Shown here one piece after another: positions 14,450 to 27,044 of a DNA stretch of 42,440 bases. The translations under genes and the position numbers were made by a program. The notes below the pieces were generated by a model. That model was not told the origin of the DNA, did no database searches, and saw only the letters and a program-made list of their open reading frames with translations. Source of the stretch: Salpingoeca rosetta (Eukaryota; Protista; Choanoflagellata); NCBI GenBank assembly GCA_033442325.1, contig JAWQFM010000002.1, positions 1,272,642 to 1,315,081 of the forward strand, in the 5' to 3' direction. Every line of letters starts with the position of its first letter. The stretch's first letter is position 1.

Positions 14450-16755
14450 CCGTGTGTGTTGTGGGGACTCATGTCGTGATGGAAAAGCCACGTGAGGTCG
14501 CACCTCTGTGTCACGGCGCAGCTTGTATGCAGCTGCAACGCGGTCTGCAAACACCTCAGGGTTCTCGGCAACAAACAGTACGAGAAGCCGCGGCCGCTGC
14601 TGTACAACAGGCTCACCATCACCGTCAGCGCCGGCGGCATTGCTGGTTGTGTTAGTCAGCTCAACTGTGTACAAGCCTGCATCCATATCATAACTCTGCA
14701 CCAGGCAGGATGTCCACACAAGACTCTGCGAGTGGGCAAGAGGGTAGGCGTGTGTGTTTGTGTGAGCGAGTGTGTGAGCGAGTGAGAGAGAGAGTGTGTG
14801 TGTGTGTGTATGTGTGTGTATGTGAGGGTGTATGTGGAGTGAGCATCGTGCCATGATGGACTGTGAGGGACCGTGATGGAACAGTGCGCTTCGTACAACA
14901 AAGAACACGCAACACCCCGCATAAACATGCAACCAAAGCCGCCAGTACGGCGAACAAAAAAAAAAAAAAAAACAAACGCACAAAACATAGCACCATGACC
15001 AACCCCATCGCTCTGCTGATGTAAGGTCTTGGCGGGCACGCCGCGCTGTGAGGAGGAAACGTCAGCGTCGTTTGCTGTTGCGGTTTCTTCTTGTACATTG
15101 TCAGCGTTGTCTGTGTCAGCGCTGCTGCTGCTGCTATTGCTGGCGGGGGCGCTGGTGACGGCGGCTGCAGCGTCTTGTACGAGGTCCATCCACTCCTCGG
15201 GGTTGCGATCGTCAAAATCAACATCGTCAAACAGTTCCAGTGGAAGATTGAACGTTGGGGGAGCATCTGAACTGTCAGCTGAGTCCGCTGCAGGGTGCTG
15301 CTGCTGTTTGTGCTGCTGTGTGTGCTGCTGTTTGTGCTTGACTTGGTCTTCAGCCTTGACGTCTTCGTCCTCTGTGTTGGAGACGGTGATGGCGACATCG
15401 TGCGTGGCTTCCCCAGCAGACTGCTGCCCGCTCTCGGTGTCAGCACTGGAGTTCGTGAGCGAGGAAAACGGGCCGGTGGGCAGCAAGTGCTTGTTGGTGA
15501 GGGAGCGTTCTGCCAGCAGGGTCTCGATGTCTTTGGCGGCAAACGAGCGCTTGCGCCGCTCCACCTCAATCTTGCGCGGTACTTCCTCTGCCTGCACCAC
15601 AAACGCCTTTTGAACCTTGGGCTCAAATGCCCGTCGCGGTACCTGCAACAAAACAAGGTGTGTGAAGTGGCGAGATTAGAAGCGGATCGTTTACTGTCGG
15701 TGGAAAGAGGGGTGGGTGGGCAGTGTGGTGCGTAACAATGTGTGTGCCTTTGTGTGCACGTGTGTGGTTGTGTGCGTCTGAGTCTATGTCTGTGTGTACG
15801 TGTGTCTGTCTATCTGTGTGTGTTTCTGTGTATACTGTGTGTTTGTGTGTCTGTGTGTATTGTGTGCATACGTGTGTTGTGTGCATACGTGTGTTGTGTG
15901 TACTATGTATGATACAAAACATACGCACGAACCGAAGTAGGGTTTGCGGCGGGTCGTCTCGGCTTTAGAGACACAGGGTTCTTTGGCTTGAATTGGGCCG
16001 CTGCAAGGAGAACGCGTGTGTGAGTGAGAGTGTGTGCATGTGAGAGTGTGCGGTTGTGAGTGTGTGTGTGAGCAAGAGACGAAGATGGCAGCAACAACAT
16101 TCAGCAAGGACAACACGAGCGAAACAGAGGCCCTTGGAGTAGGACCAAGTCAACGACACATGGACTGCAATTCAACCCAAACCCCACAGACTGCATTACC
16201 TCCAACAGCCGCATTGGTTGTTTGCAAGCGAACGCGTGTGTTGGGCTTGGTGATGGCATGCTTAGCCGACGCACGCTGTTGGATAACAAAGCCAATAAAG
16301 GTGCGTGCGTGTGCGTGTGAGCGTGAGTGTGAGTGTGAGTGTGAGTGTGAGTGTGAGTGTGAGTGTGAGTGTGAGTGTGAGTGTGAGTGTGTGCGTGCGT
16401 GTGAGCGTGAGTGTGAGTGTGAGTGCGTGAGTGTGAGTGTGAGTGTGAGTGTGAGTGTGAGTGATAAACTCATGGACAAGGGCATCAGCGGTGGCTGAAT
16501 GTGCATCCACATCCACATCCACACACACACACACACATCAACATGCACATCGGCATGCACACCGACAAGACAACATCCACACCAACGCACACACCACCTT
16601 GAACACACACACACACGCACAAACGCACACAGCAACATTCAAACCACCAACAAAACTTCATGCTGTTGCCTTACATGAGGTTGTTGTGTGAGGTCAGAGT
16701 ACAACCCGCGTTGCTTCGATTGTGAAGCTGGGGTGAACGGCCGCAACGACGACAT
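1141..16755 (-). CDS. DNAH1: Axonemal inner-arm dynein heavy chain, DNAH1 ortholog (multi-exon; 5'-most exons and the ATG at 16755 are tentative)
   Basis: P-loops GPAGTGKTET, GPTGSGKT, GRTGTAKT and GVGGSGRQS, with stalk/MTBD; C-terminus HWIKRGVALICALDY* (stop 1141-1143). DNAH1-type N-terminal motifs PRKIEVERRKR, LPLELFDDVDFDDRNPEEW and LFVAENPEVFADRV. Exons read from GT-AG sites: 1141-1462, 1743-2140, 2408-11065, 11366-11692, 12072-13935, plus further exons at about 14500-14695 and 15000-15642. Confidence 0.93.
14208..14307. other. Assembly gap (others at 18342-18840, 21271-21370, 24523-24622)
   Basis: Runs of N next to CA/GT microsatellites. Confidence 0.99.
16323..16462. repeat. (GAGTGT)n hexamer microsatellite
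   Basis: Tandem GAGTGT units with a few GCGT variants. Confidence 0.85.
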
Positions 16756-17127
16756 GTCGTTGCTGGTGTTCGATGGTGGTGGTGGTGGTTGCGCCTATCG
16801 CCCTACCCTGATTTCCGTCTTCAAAAAAGAAATAAACGGCAACCAAACAAGCCCCCAGCAAATAGTGTGTGTGTTGTGTGTCTGAGTGAGTGTGTGTGAG
16901 TGTGAGTGTGTTTGCGTGGATCCTGGTCGCTCGCCGTATGAATCTGTGCACCATCAACGACGATGGCGAGAGTGTGTTTGGTTGGTTGGTGTGTTGTGTG
17001 GTTTGCCTGCGGAGTGTATGGCTGCACCAACCAACGGCACTTGGCAACAAACGATTGGCGAAAATTGTGAAAGATGTACGAAAGAACGAAGGCGGCTGCC
17101 GCCCCAATTTTGAATTAGAGATCGACG

Positions 17128-18262
17128 ATGATGGTGGTGGGTGGTGTTGGTGCTGATGGTGTTGGTGTGACGGATGCGGGTGTTGTCGTGGTTGGTGGCA
17201 GACGAGGGAGAGGCAGGAGCGAGGGGACAAAGAAGAAGATGAAGGAGAAGGAGAAGAGGAAGAAGGAGGTGAAGAAGGAGAAAAAAGTGATGGAGAAGAA
17301 GCAGATGGAGATGGAGATGGAGAAGAAGCAGATGAGGATACTGACTGTGACCAACACAGACACACACCAGACCAACACACAACTGATGACATCACTTGAA
17401 AGGAAGGACACAGCAGACACAGCAGACATGGCAGCAGCATGCAGCGTGTACAGCTTGTCCGATCTGATTCTCAAGGGGGTTGGGGAAGCGGAAGACGTGT
17501 TGCTGCGCGCTGCGCTGCAATTGAGACGACACCTTCACCAAGACCTGCGCAAGAAGCGACGGCGACAAGGATTCGTGTGCTTGAAACACATGCACTTCGA
17601 TGAGGATGGTGATCGCACAGATGCTCACGATGACAGGGATAGCAACTTGCCAGAAGCAAGTGTACAAGGAGAGCCCTCACCAACAGCAGCTGATGCACAA
17701 GACAACGCGCCCACGCCACCAGCAGCATCAACTGCAGCACACACGGATGAGCCGCAGTTGTTCCAGGTGCTAGACCTTGCACTGCCACTGCAGCAGTATG
17801 ACGTGGACATTGGAAGCATCTTGAAACAGTCCAGCAAGCCACTGCCGTGGAGAACGTGGATACGAGCAACGCACCCGGGTGCGTTTCGGGTGTGTCCCGC
17901 ACACGTGGATGCAAGCGTACGACTAGAGGCGCTTGAGCTTGTCCTGCAGTGTTTGCGAGTCGAAGACAAGCACTTCTCCAAAACCACCGTGAGCAGCTGT
18001 GCAGAGGAGGTGGGGCTGCTCCTCCGTCACCTGCAGCAACAACAGACACACGGAGACAGTCTTGGGAGCAGTGACAGCGGCACTGACAAAGAGAATTCCT
18101 CGCACGAGTGTGAGCGCGGCGCGGATGAACCGCTCGTTGTGGCTGTTGGACCCACAACCCCTTCCATCCTGTTGCACCAGCGAACGGCGCAGCTGCTCCT
18201 GCAGGAGAACGAGGCCATGGTGAAAGCACCCAACACCACCACAGGCTCCCACCGCGTCTTCA

Positions 18263-18293
<31 letters not shown>

Positions 18294-18299
18294 GTGGTG

Positions 18300-18341
<42 letters not shown>

Positions 18342-20827
18342 NNNNNNNNNNNNNNNNNNNNNNNNNNNNNNNNNNNNNNNNNNNNNNNNNNNNNNNNNNN
18401 NNNNNNNNNNNNNNNNNNNNNNNNNNNNNNNNNNNNNNNNNNNNNNNNNNNNNNNNNNNNNNNNNNNNNNNNNNNNNNNNNNNNNNNNNNNNNNNNNNNN
18501 NNNNNNNNNNNNNNNNNNNNNNNNNNNNNNNNNNNNNNNNNNNNNNNNNNNNNNNNNNNNNNNNNNNNNNNNNNNNNNNNNNNNNNNNNNNNNNNNNNNN
18601 NNNNNNNNNNNNNNNNNNNNNNNNNNNNNNNNNNNNNNNNNNNNNNNNNNNNNNNNNNNNNNNNNNNNNNNNNNNNNNNNNNNNNNNNNNNNNNNNNNNN
18701 NNNNNNNNNNNNNNNNNNNNNNNNNNNNNNNNNNNNNNNNNNNNNNNNNNNNNNNNNNNNNNNNNNNNNNNNNNNNNNNNNNNNNNNNNNNNNNNNNNNN
18801 NNNNNNNNNNNNNNNNNNNNNNNNNNNNNNNNNNNNNNNNGTGTGTGTGTGTGTGTGGTGGGTGTGTGTGTGGTGTGTGTGTGTGTGTGTGGTGTGGTGT
18901 GGTGTGTGTGTGTGGGTGTGTGTGGGTGGGTGTGGGTATGGGTGTGTGTGGTTAGTGTGTTGACTTCTTTCAAGATTGTTACCCTCTTTCAACATGTCGT
19001 TGAATGAAGTCGGCTTCGTTGCTCTGGACCACTCACACACTTGCCACCCGATGTGAATCTACTCGCTCCCTCTCTCCTCCATATCCATAGATGACGCGGG
19101 TTGTGCAGGCGTCGCGGGAAGTGCGTGGACGTTCCTTGGACGACATTGTTGCGAGCGAGGACTGGGATGCGGTCAACGACTTGAGCCTGGGGCGCACGTT
19201 CCTTCTGACGCTGCTGTTGACGGCAGATGACGCCAAAGGCGACAATTTCATGGTCACGCCCAACGGGGATATCATCGGCATCGACAACGACCACGTCCTC
19301 GGCGCGCCGTTCAAGGCTTCCGTGCGTACAAATGGGCGTGTGTGGGGGGGGGGGATGATTGTGTGTGTGGATATGTGTGTATGTGTGAATGTGTGTGTGA
19401 TGTTGTGTTGTGCTGTGTTGTGTGTGTTGTGTTATGCTGTGTTGTGGGTGGGTGTGTCCGTGATGGCTGCATCATCATGTGTTCGTTGCGAGTAATACAT
19501 AATGATGATTGAATGTTCTCGCCTCACACCGCTGTTTTGCTGTGGTGCATGCAACAGGGAGCCGGCACGCGTGTGGTGCTTCGCAGCCTCATTTTCTGCT
19601 GTAACCCTTGGATGTCCAGGTGAATGGAGTTGAGGGAAGGTGGACATGGGCATCGGTGGACACACATGGTGCATGGTTGAGTGGAAACGACACACTGTGT
19701 GTTGCGCATGCTATTATTGTCACAACCACACACTCAACATGTTGTTCTGCTTACTGTAGGCGGATGCATCCGGCGTTGGTGCAGCACCTTCGTCGCATCA
19801 GTCCCACCGTCGTCGTTTCACGTTGGCTGGCGGAGATTGGGCACTACAATGGTGCGTCTGCGCTCAGTGGCGGTGACATGTAGCATGACTGTGTGTGCCG
19901 TCTTGTGATTCTCTGCTTTGACACGTCATGCATGGTGCCAAACGGCTTCTTTGCTTTCTGCTTGTTCAGCATGTGTGCACAGGCATATTAATACATGTCT
20001 GCGTTGTCGTACACACCCGCATTCACATTCTCCCACACCCATGCCCATGCGCATGTTCGTCCATCGCCGTCCACTCGCACGCGTACTCGCGAACGCAGAT
20101 CGGTTGCGAGAACTGGAGAGAGACGGGCTGCTGTCGCCATCGTTGCGAACAGCACTTGGACTTCCGTGCTATGTTCGCTCGAGCGCAGTGGAACGCACAC
20201 TGCTGCTGTTGCGGCGGGTACAGACCGCCGTGAAGGCACGTGACGCTCGCGGACAAGAAGTCACTCTCAAAGGCCTGCTGCAATCAGCTCTGCCTGAAGT
20301 AGCCGCAGTGTACACGCAGATGCGTGGCGCGTTCACCACGCCGCACGAGGCACTGCGCTGCGTGTACTTTCGCCCCGAGGAGTTCTTCCCACGGCCACCA
20401 CCTGATCTTGTCAAGTATGACATCACTGTTGAGGGTGTTCTGGCTCAACAACAACAACAGTGCAGTCATGCTAACAGCAACAGCGGCTGCTGCAGCTCCT
20501 CGGATAGAGCTGGACAGAACAGCCAAGATGCGCTTGCAAGTGATGACAAACCTGGCTGTGATGACAGCAGCAGCACGACCGCATTGCGAGGTCCGGATTC
20601 GGGGCTGGACTGCGCAAACGCTCTGTTCCTGGAGCGAGACAATGGGTTCGTTCAGGCGCTTGAAGACACGATGCTGGTCACGGACGTCCTGGCCAAGGTT
20701 CATCCTAAAACGCTGTGCATTCAACACGTCATGCACTGCTTGGAGATTGTGCAATCTTGCTCCGGCATGGCGTGGTCGCTGCTTCCGCAGCCATGGACGT
20801 CCGACACGACATTGGTTCCAAGGTATG

Positions 20828-20916
<89 letters not shown>

Positions 20917-21370
20917 CTATAAATTCCAACGTCTCAGGTTACATCTCCGATAAGGTATCCTGCAAGAGCCGATCCTACGCTAGAGGCGTGTGCGTGAGTA
21001 CCTAATAGCCTGCTTTGGTAAAGTCAGTACCCATTGGGGGTTTGCATCCGCCGCACTAGTCCCCAATTGTGCCGGTTATTATAACTTATACTACGACTAC
21101 CAGCGCATATGTCCACTGGTTTATTGTTGAGTCCCTAAAACCGACCGTTGGTTGTTTTCGGACCAAGATGCATACCGTATGATTGAGAAAAAACGTATGG
21201 GAGGGGAGAAAGCGCCTCTTTTCAAGAGAGTACACTCTCCGCCAGTCACACTGGTCCGGAAGGCGCCACANNNNNNNNNNNNNNNNNNNNNNNNNNNNNN
21301 NNNNNNNNNNNNNNNNNNNNNNNNNNNNNNNNNNNNNNNNNNNNNNNNNNNNNNNNNNNNNNNNNNNNNN

Positions 21371-21408
<38 letters not shown>

Positions 21409-24405
21409 TGTGGGTGGGTGTGTGGGTGGGTGTGTGGTGGGTGGTGGGTGGTGGGTGGGTGGGTGTGGGTGTGGGTGGTTGTGGGCGTGTTTGTGGGTGT
21501 GGCTGTGTGTGTGTGTCTGTGTGGGTGTCTGTGTGTGTCTGTGTCCGTACCTGTGTCTGAGTCTATGTTTGTTTCATGTTGTGTTAACTGCGTTGCTTCC
21601 TTCGATTGCTTTTCCCCCAGCTTCCAGTAATGCATCCACAACCCCCTCTTGCACATGCAGATTGTTGGCAGCGAGGCCGTCGGGTCAGGTGCTCATGTTT
21701 GTGGCGCCGGCGCTCAAGGCGCCTTGTCGCGAAGAAATTGAAGTTGTGCTGGCAGACACGGCGTGCGCCCACGGTGCGCTTCTACAAACGCACTGGCAGT
21801 GCAAGTGTTTGGAACACTGCGAAGACATCATGCACACGTTCTCTGGCGCCAGGCCAATTGGATGCCTGGTTGAGTTGGCGGCCGCCACTTGCAACAGTAC
21901 ATGTCCAAGTATGCGCCACATGCACAGCACCAGCCAGAACCTGGCCATAGCGACTGGACCGAAAGAAACGGCACAGACTGCGCGAGATCATCGGCGCGAG
22001 CTCGGTCGACTCATTCGACGGCTCGTTGAGCTCGGCGTCAACCTCGACCAACCAGATGACTTGGGGTGAGCTTGGACAAAACATGAGCTTGTGCATTGAT
22101 ACGCTGGAGCGATTGCTGTTGTGTGCGTGCTTGTGGTGTGGTTGTGTACGTGGTCGTGTACGTGGTTGTGGTCGTGTACGTGGTTGTGGTTGTGGTTGTG
22201 GTTGTGGTTGTGGTTGTGGTTGTGGTTGTGGTTGAGGCTGTCTGTGTGTGGTTGTCTGGTTGTCTGTGTGATTGTCTGTGTCTGTGTCTGTGTGCCAACC
22301 CTACTTGTAGCTCATTCCATTTTGCTTGTGCGCGTTTTGTATCTCCTGGCAGGCTGACGGCGCTTGATCGGGCTGCGTCGCTGCGGGCAGGGTGGCTGGT
22401 GCACGTGCTGCTGACAAGTGGCGCACGCCTATTTGCAAGCCGTGTCGTGTGTGCCTCGTACGTTCGCCATCTGCTGGATCGCCTCAACCGTGCGCAACGT
22501 GAAGAAGGTCGAACTCCGCAGTCGCTCCTCGCCTTGCTGCGGCGGCTACATGGCGGTGCCATGTGCGGGTTGGTGCGCATGCAGCTGGTGGTGGGGCTGC
22601 TGGGCACACCTTCCAACCACAACAAGGACGTTGGTTCAAGCAGCAGCGCTGACCCGGCACTTACGCTCACATTGGAGACGGATCTTGAGGTCGCATTGTA
22701 CGAGCACCAGCTGCGCCCTTGCTCCACTGCCACGGAGCGCGGGTTGTGCGTACAGCCGATGCCACTTGACGACCACCAGTGCCCGTGGCAGCTCATGGTG
22801 CTGAACGGCAACCACTGCGACTACATGCGCCTGGCAAAGGCGTTGCTGGTGCGCGAGGTGTGCGCGGTGCTCTTTGGCGAGTCAGCGAGCTGCCTTCCCC
22901 TGGAAGTGGCCTTGCTCCGCCAGTCAGGCTGGTGCCAGCTTGTTGGTGTGGCGGTGGTGGGCACATTTGATACCAGCAGTGTCGATAACGAAGACAACAG
23001 CAGCGCTCTGGGATGGACTTCGGCGTCATCGATGCTGGGAGAGAACGGTCGTCGTTCGAGCGATGCAATGAGCGACACAAGCACCAGTTCCAGCGTAACT
23101 GAAGAGGCGACACGCCTGCTGCTGTGCGCATGTCTTCTTGGGTTTGAGGACAGCGTCGCCCTGCGGATGTGCGCTGACGCCAGTGGAGAATACACTGGTG
23201 TCGTCTGCGTGCCTGCTGAACAGGAACAGACCGAGATGCCAGTGGCAGACCACATCTCTGCGGTGAGCGACGACGTGACGGGCGCGCTGGTGGACGTGAG
23301 TGGCAGTGACGCTGCATGGAACGAGTTTGTGCGACGACTGCGCCGCCGCATTGTAAGACGCTTTCAGATTCTCCACTGTATGCTGGAGCATCACGGCGCG
23401 CAACACACCTTCCTGTGCTTGGACACGGCTCGACTGTGGGTGCGCGTGTGCGCGATGTGCACGGCCCTCATGTCCCAACAACTGGCCACATCCAACGTCA
23501 CTCATGCTGCTTCTCGTGTGCGCGGTCTTGAGTCGTGTGTTTCGCTTGGAGACCCGCTGCACTGCAGTTCCCTGGTCATGGTGGGGCCAGGCTGTGGGGT
23601 GAGCGGCGAGGACAGCGCGGAGCATGGGGCGGTGGGGTGTGCTTCCGATGCTGCCTCTCTCACGACAGTGGACAATGGTGATGTGTGTTCTGTCGACGAG
23701 GGACGGGGGAGTGCCGGGATGCCTGCGCCAGTGACAGGCGTTGGTGGCCTGGTGAACGTGACACAGCTGATTGACTTTCGAGAGTGCTCGGAGGAGTCAC
23801 AGCAGCGAGCACTAGCGACGTTGGCGCAGGCTGACCACACCACTGCAGCCACGGACTCACTCCGACTCGCCGGCGCCAACTTGCTTTCGGATGCGCTGCT
23901 CACGCGTGTGCTGACACGCCACGCCTGCGCCCTCACAACGCTCGTACTGGACCAGTGCACGCAGGTTCGGCTGAGCACGGACGTCCAGGCTGCCCTTGAG
24001 CAGATGCCGACCCTGCGTGATGTGCGGCTGGTGGGGCTTTCTGTGCGGTGGCTCCAGCGACGGCGCTCGTGGTGGCCGTCAGCGTACGGCGGCAACGCCC
24101 CTCTTCAGCTGCCGCATCTGCGACGACTGGAGCTGATGAACTGTGCGCAGTTGCGAGGCGTGTACGTGGCAAGCAGCGCAGTGTGCGAGGGGCGTGTTGT
24201 CGGTGGCGACACGATTGCGTCCTCGTGCTGGGATGAAGGCGGCAGTGATGGCGTGTGGTCCCTGAAGCCAGTGGGCCTTCAAGGTGACAGAGATGGAAAG
24301 GAAGGTCGGGAAAAACAGGAGGACGTGTGTGCAGAGCTGGGTGATTTATCATTATGTATTCGTGGATGTGCGAGCCTACGGACTGTGCGGGTGTGTGCGC
24401 TCTAG
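17128..24405 (+). CDS. Multi-exon hypothetical protein with a PI3/PI4-kinase-like (HipA/actin-fragmin-kinase-like) catalytic motif, an ankyrin-like segment and C-terminal LRR-like segments; the model crosses two gaps and the start is uncertain
   Basis: Exon from 19091 encodes LLLTADDAKGDNFMVTPNGDIIGIDNDHVLG (DxxxxN...IDxD). LIRRLVELGVNLDQPDDLG/LTALDRAA spans the ~22065/22353 junction (ankyrin-like). LTTLVLDQCTQV and LRRLELMNCAQL are LRR-like. Stop at 24403-24405. Confidence 0.55.
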
Positions 24406-24442
24406 GTTGGTGTTGGGGGGTGGGGGTGGTTGGGGTGGGGGT

Positions 24443-24522
<80 letters not shown>

Positions 24523-24844
24523 NNNNNNNNNNNNNNNNNNNNNNNNNNNNNNNNNNNNNNNNNNNNNNNNNNNNNNNNNNNNNNNNNNNNNNNNNNNNNN
24601 NNNNNNNNNNNNNNNNNNNNNNTGGCATGCAGGCATGCTTTGTTTGCAAGTGCAGCAGTGATACACGGGCACAGGAACGACGTGCATGCCAGCTGTCTGT
24701 GAGTGGTGGTGTGAATTGGGAGGAGTAGGGTTAAGGGTGGACGTGTGAAGGGTCACGGTGGAAGGCAGGGGGGTAGCCGCTGGGGATGCTGAACAGGGTG
24801 AGTGTGTGTAGGTGTGTGTGGGTGTGTAGGTGTGTGTGTGTAGG

Positions 24845-24875
<31 letters not shown>

Positions 24876-25266
24876 TTGTGTGTGTGTGTGTGGATGCAGC
24901 AGTGTCGCAGGGTGCAAGCTGAAGAGTTGAGGTGTTGGCTGGGTGAGCACATGCAGTACCGCAGTAGCCTGCAGCACGCATCGCGTAGATGGCCAAATGC
25001 AAGAATGCACAGAGGCACAGTGCACAAGCAGGAAGTCTAGAAGTCTGTGCACTGCAGGATGCCACAGCTCTACAGCTCGGTAGTGCTTCGGCTCTTCTTT
25101 CTTCTCTGCTTCTCCGCTTTCTGTTCCTTGTGCTTGTGCTTGCGCTTGCGCTTCTTCTGCTTCCGCTAGCTCTCTTCCTCTCCCCCTTGTCCTCCTGTCG
25201 GCCCTGTGACCGACCCGGCTTTTCAGTTTACAGTCTTCGCTGCGCAGGAAGTTGGATGTTGAATGC

Positions 25267-25791
25267 ATGCGATACTAGGGACAGGGATGCTGTGCTGTGC
25301 AAGCAGTCGCAGTCGGTGGCGTGAGAACAGTGATGCACACACACGGAGGGTGGAAAAAAAATGTATGCGATACTAGCTGTGCTGTGCAAGCAGTCGCAGT
25401 GGTGGTGCAGAGCAGCACACACATACACGCACACACAGGGCGTTCAGAAAAAAAATGAATGCGATACTAGCTGTGCTGTGCAAGCAGTCGCAGTGGTGGT
25501 GCAGAGCAGCACACACATACACACACACACAGAGCGAGGAGAAAAAAATGAATGCGATACTAGCTGTGTTGTGCAAGCAGTCGCAGTGGTGGTGCAGAGC
25601 AGCACACACATACACGCACACACAGAGCGTTCAGAAAGAAAAAAAATGTATGCGATACTAGCTGTGCTGTGCAAGCAGTCGCAGTGGTGGTGAAGAGGAG
25701 CACACACGAAGCAGCACACACAGAGCGTGGAGAAAAAAAATGAATGCGATACTAGAGACAGGGTTGCTGGAGGAAGAACAGTGATGCAGAG

Positions 25792-25861
<70 letters not shown>

Positions 25862-25891
25862 CGAGGAGAAAAAAAATGAATGCGATACTAG
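25267..25891 (-). repeat. tRNA-linked tandem array of seven CTAGTATCGCAT anchors, ~93-98-bp period (left copy)
   Basis: ATGCGATACTAG occurs on + at about 25267, 25365, 25459, 25552, 25650, 25745 and 25880, mostly preceded by A-runs. Confidence 0.9.
25869..25876 (-). terminator. RNA polymerase III terminator (T8) of the left permuted tRNA
   Basis: A8 on +, 9 nt past position A37 of the 5' half on the - strand. Confidence 0.7.
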
Positions 25892-25969
25892 ACCGGCGCT
25901 ATAACCAACTAAGCCACGAGCCCCAATCAGGTGAGGGCCCGGTGAGATTCGAACTCACGGCCTCCGGTT
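25886..25969 (-). tRNA. Circularly permuted tRNA-Thr(AGT), left copy: 3' half 25969-25934, 10-nt spacer, 5' half 25923-25886
   Basis: Exact reverse complement of 38667-38750. Confidence 0.85.
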
Positions 25970-27044
25970 TTCTGTGTATCTTCAACCCGTAACCTTGCGG
26001 CTACCGGGGTTTTCTTGTTGTTGTGTGGTGGAAAATTGGCCATTTCAAAATTGCAGGTGGAGAAGGAGCGGGCTTTGTTGTTCTCGCGCCAACATTCTGC
26101 TTGCTTCTTGTGACTTGTGAGAGAATAAGAGCTTAAGAGGCGAGGAGGATGAACACAGGGCAACAGAACTCGTGAACCGTACGAGCGTAGGGCTAGGCTG
26201 TCTCCTCTCAGAAGCATCCACCCAGGTCTCCAATGTGCTGCAAACCAAGCAACCAACCACCAACCACCACAATCACCGCACACAACCGCAAGGGGGAAAG
26301 AACCCACGTCAAAGGCACACCATCATGATGCCACGTAGGCATGTGACTCTCTGACTCTTGTGACTGGAGAGCTGTCTTCTCTTGCTGTCTTGCTGTGATG
26401 TGGTCAGTCAGCGTAGCAGCTTGGCTTGAAGGCAGGCTTGGGCTTGGGGTGAACCTGCAGGAGTGAAGGTCTGAAGGTGCGTTCTAGCTGCTGCCACACG
26501 GCTGCCTGGCTGCTGCCCTTGACGTGTGCTTGAGTGTTTTCCCTTTGTTTCATCCCCTTCAAAGAATATCCCTTCTATTATGCTACGGTGGCTGTCACAC
26601 AGGCCTCAAGGCACTGCTGGCACCAGACAAACAAACAAGCATGATCACTTCATGCAACAGAAACAAGGCTCCTGCTCGCTTGCTTGGACTGGGGAAGAAG
26701 TGAAGAAGTGAGTGCGCGAGGAACAAGCATGTGCTGTCGTGACCTGCACTGTCCTAGTGCCTTAGTGCTAGTACCCAGTACTTGGTGTCTCCAATGATGG
26801 CAACCACGCGGTGTTGTTGTTGAGATGACAACAGCCCACTAGCGCGCGACCTGCCTACACAGCTCTCTCTCTCCCTAGTGAAGACTTTCCTGCCGCCAAC
26901 GAACACGTACGACAGCAAAACCTCGACTACAACTCCGACACAACCGAAAGCGAAACAACAGCAGTCTTGCTTGCTTGCTCGACAACAAATTCCCCTGCCA
27001 CACGCAGCACACAAGCCTGCACATCGGCACACACGAAGAGGAAG

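Larger units (their letters stand above)
24896..26724. repeat. Left arm of a ~1.8-kb inverted repeat (partner 37912-39734)
   Basis: Reverse complement matches 37912-39734, with mirrored identical ORFs (25927-26307 vs 38329-38709; 24989-25324 vs 39306-39641). Differences spotted: one substitution (26661/37975) and 6 bp of CA-repeat length. Confidence 0.97.

Noticed and set aside
20916-21270. Compositionally foreign, AT-richer segment suggesting an insertion or HGT
   Set aside because: It follows a long GT run and ends at an N gap, so it is most likely a degraded read end. There is no convincing ORF.
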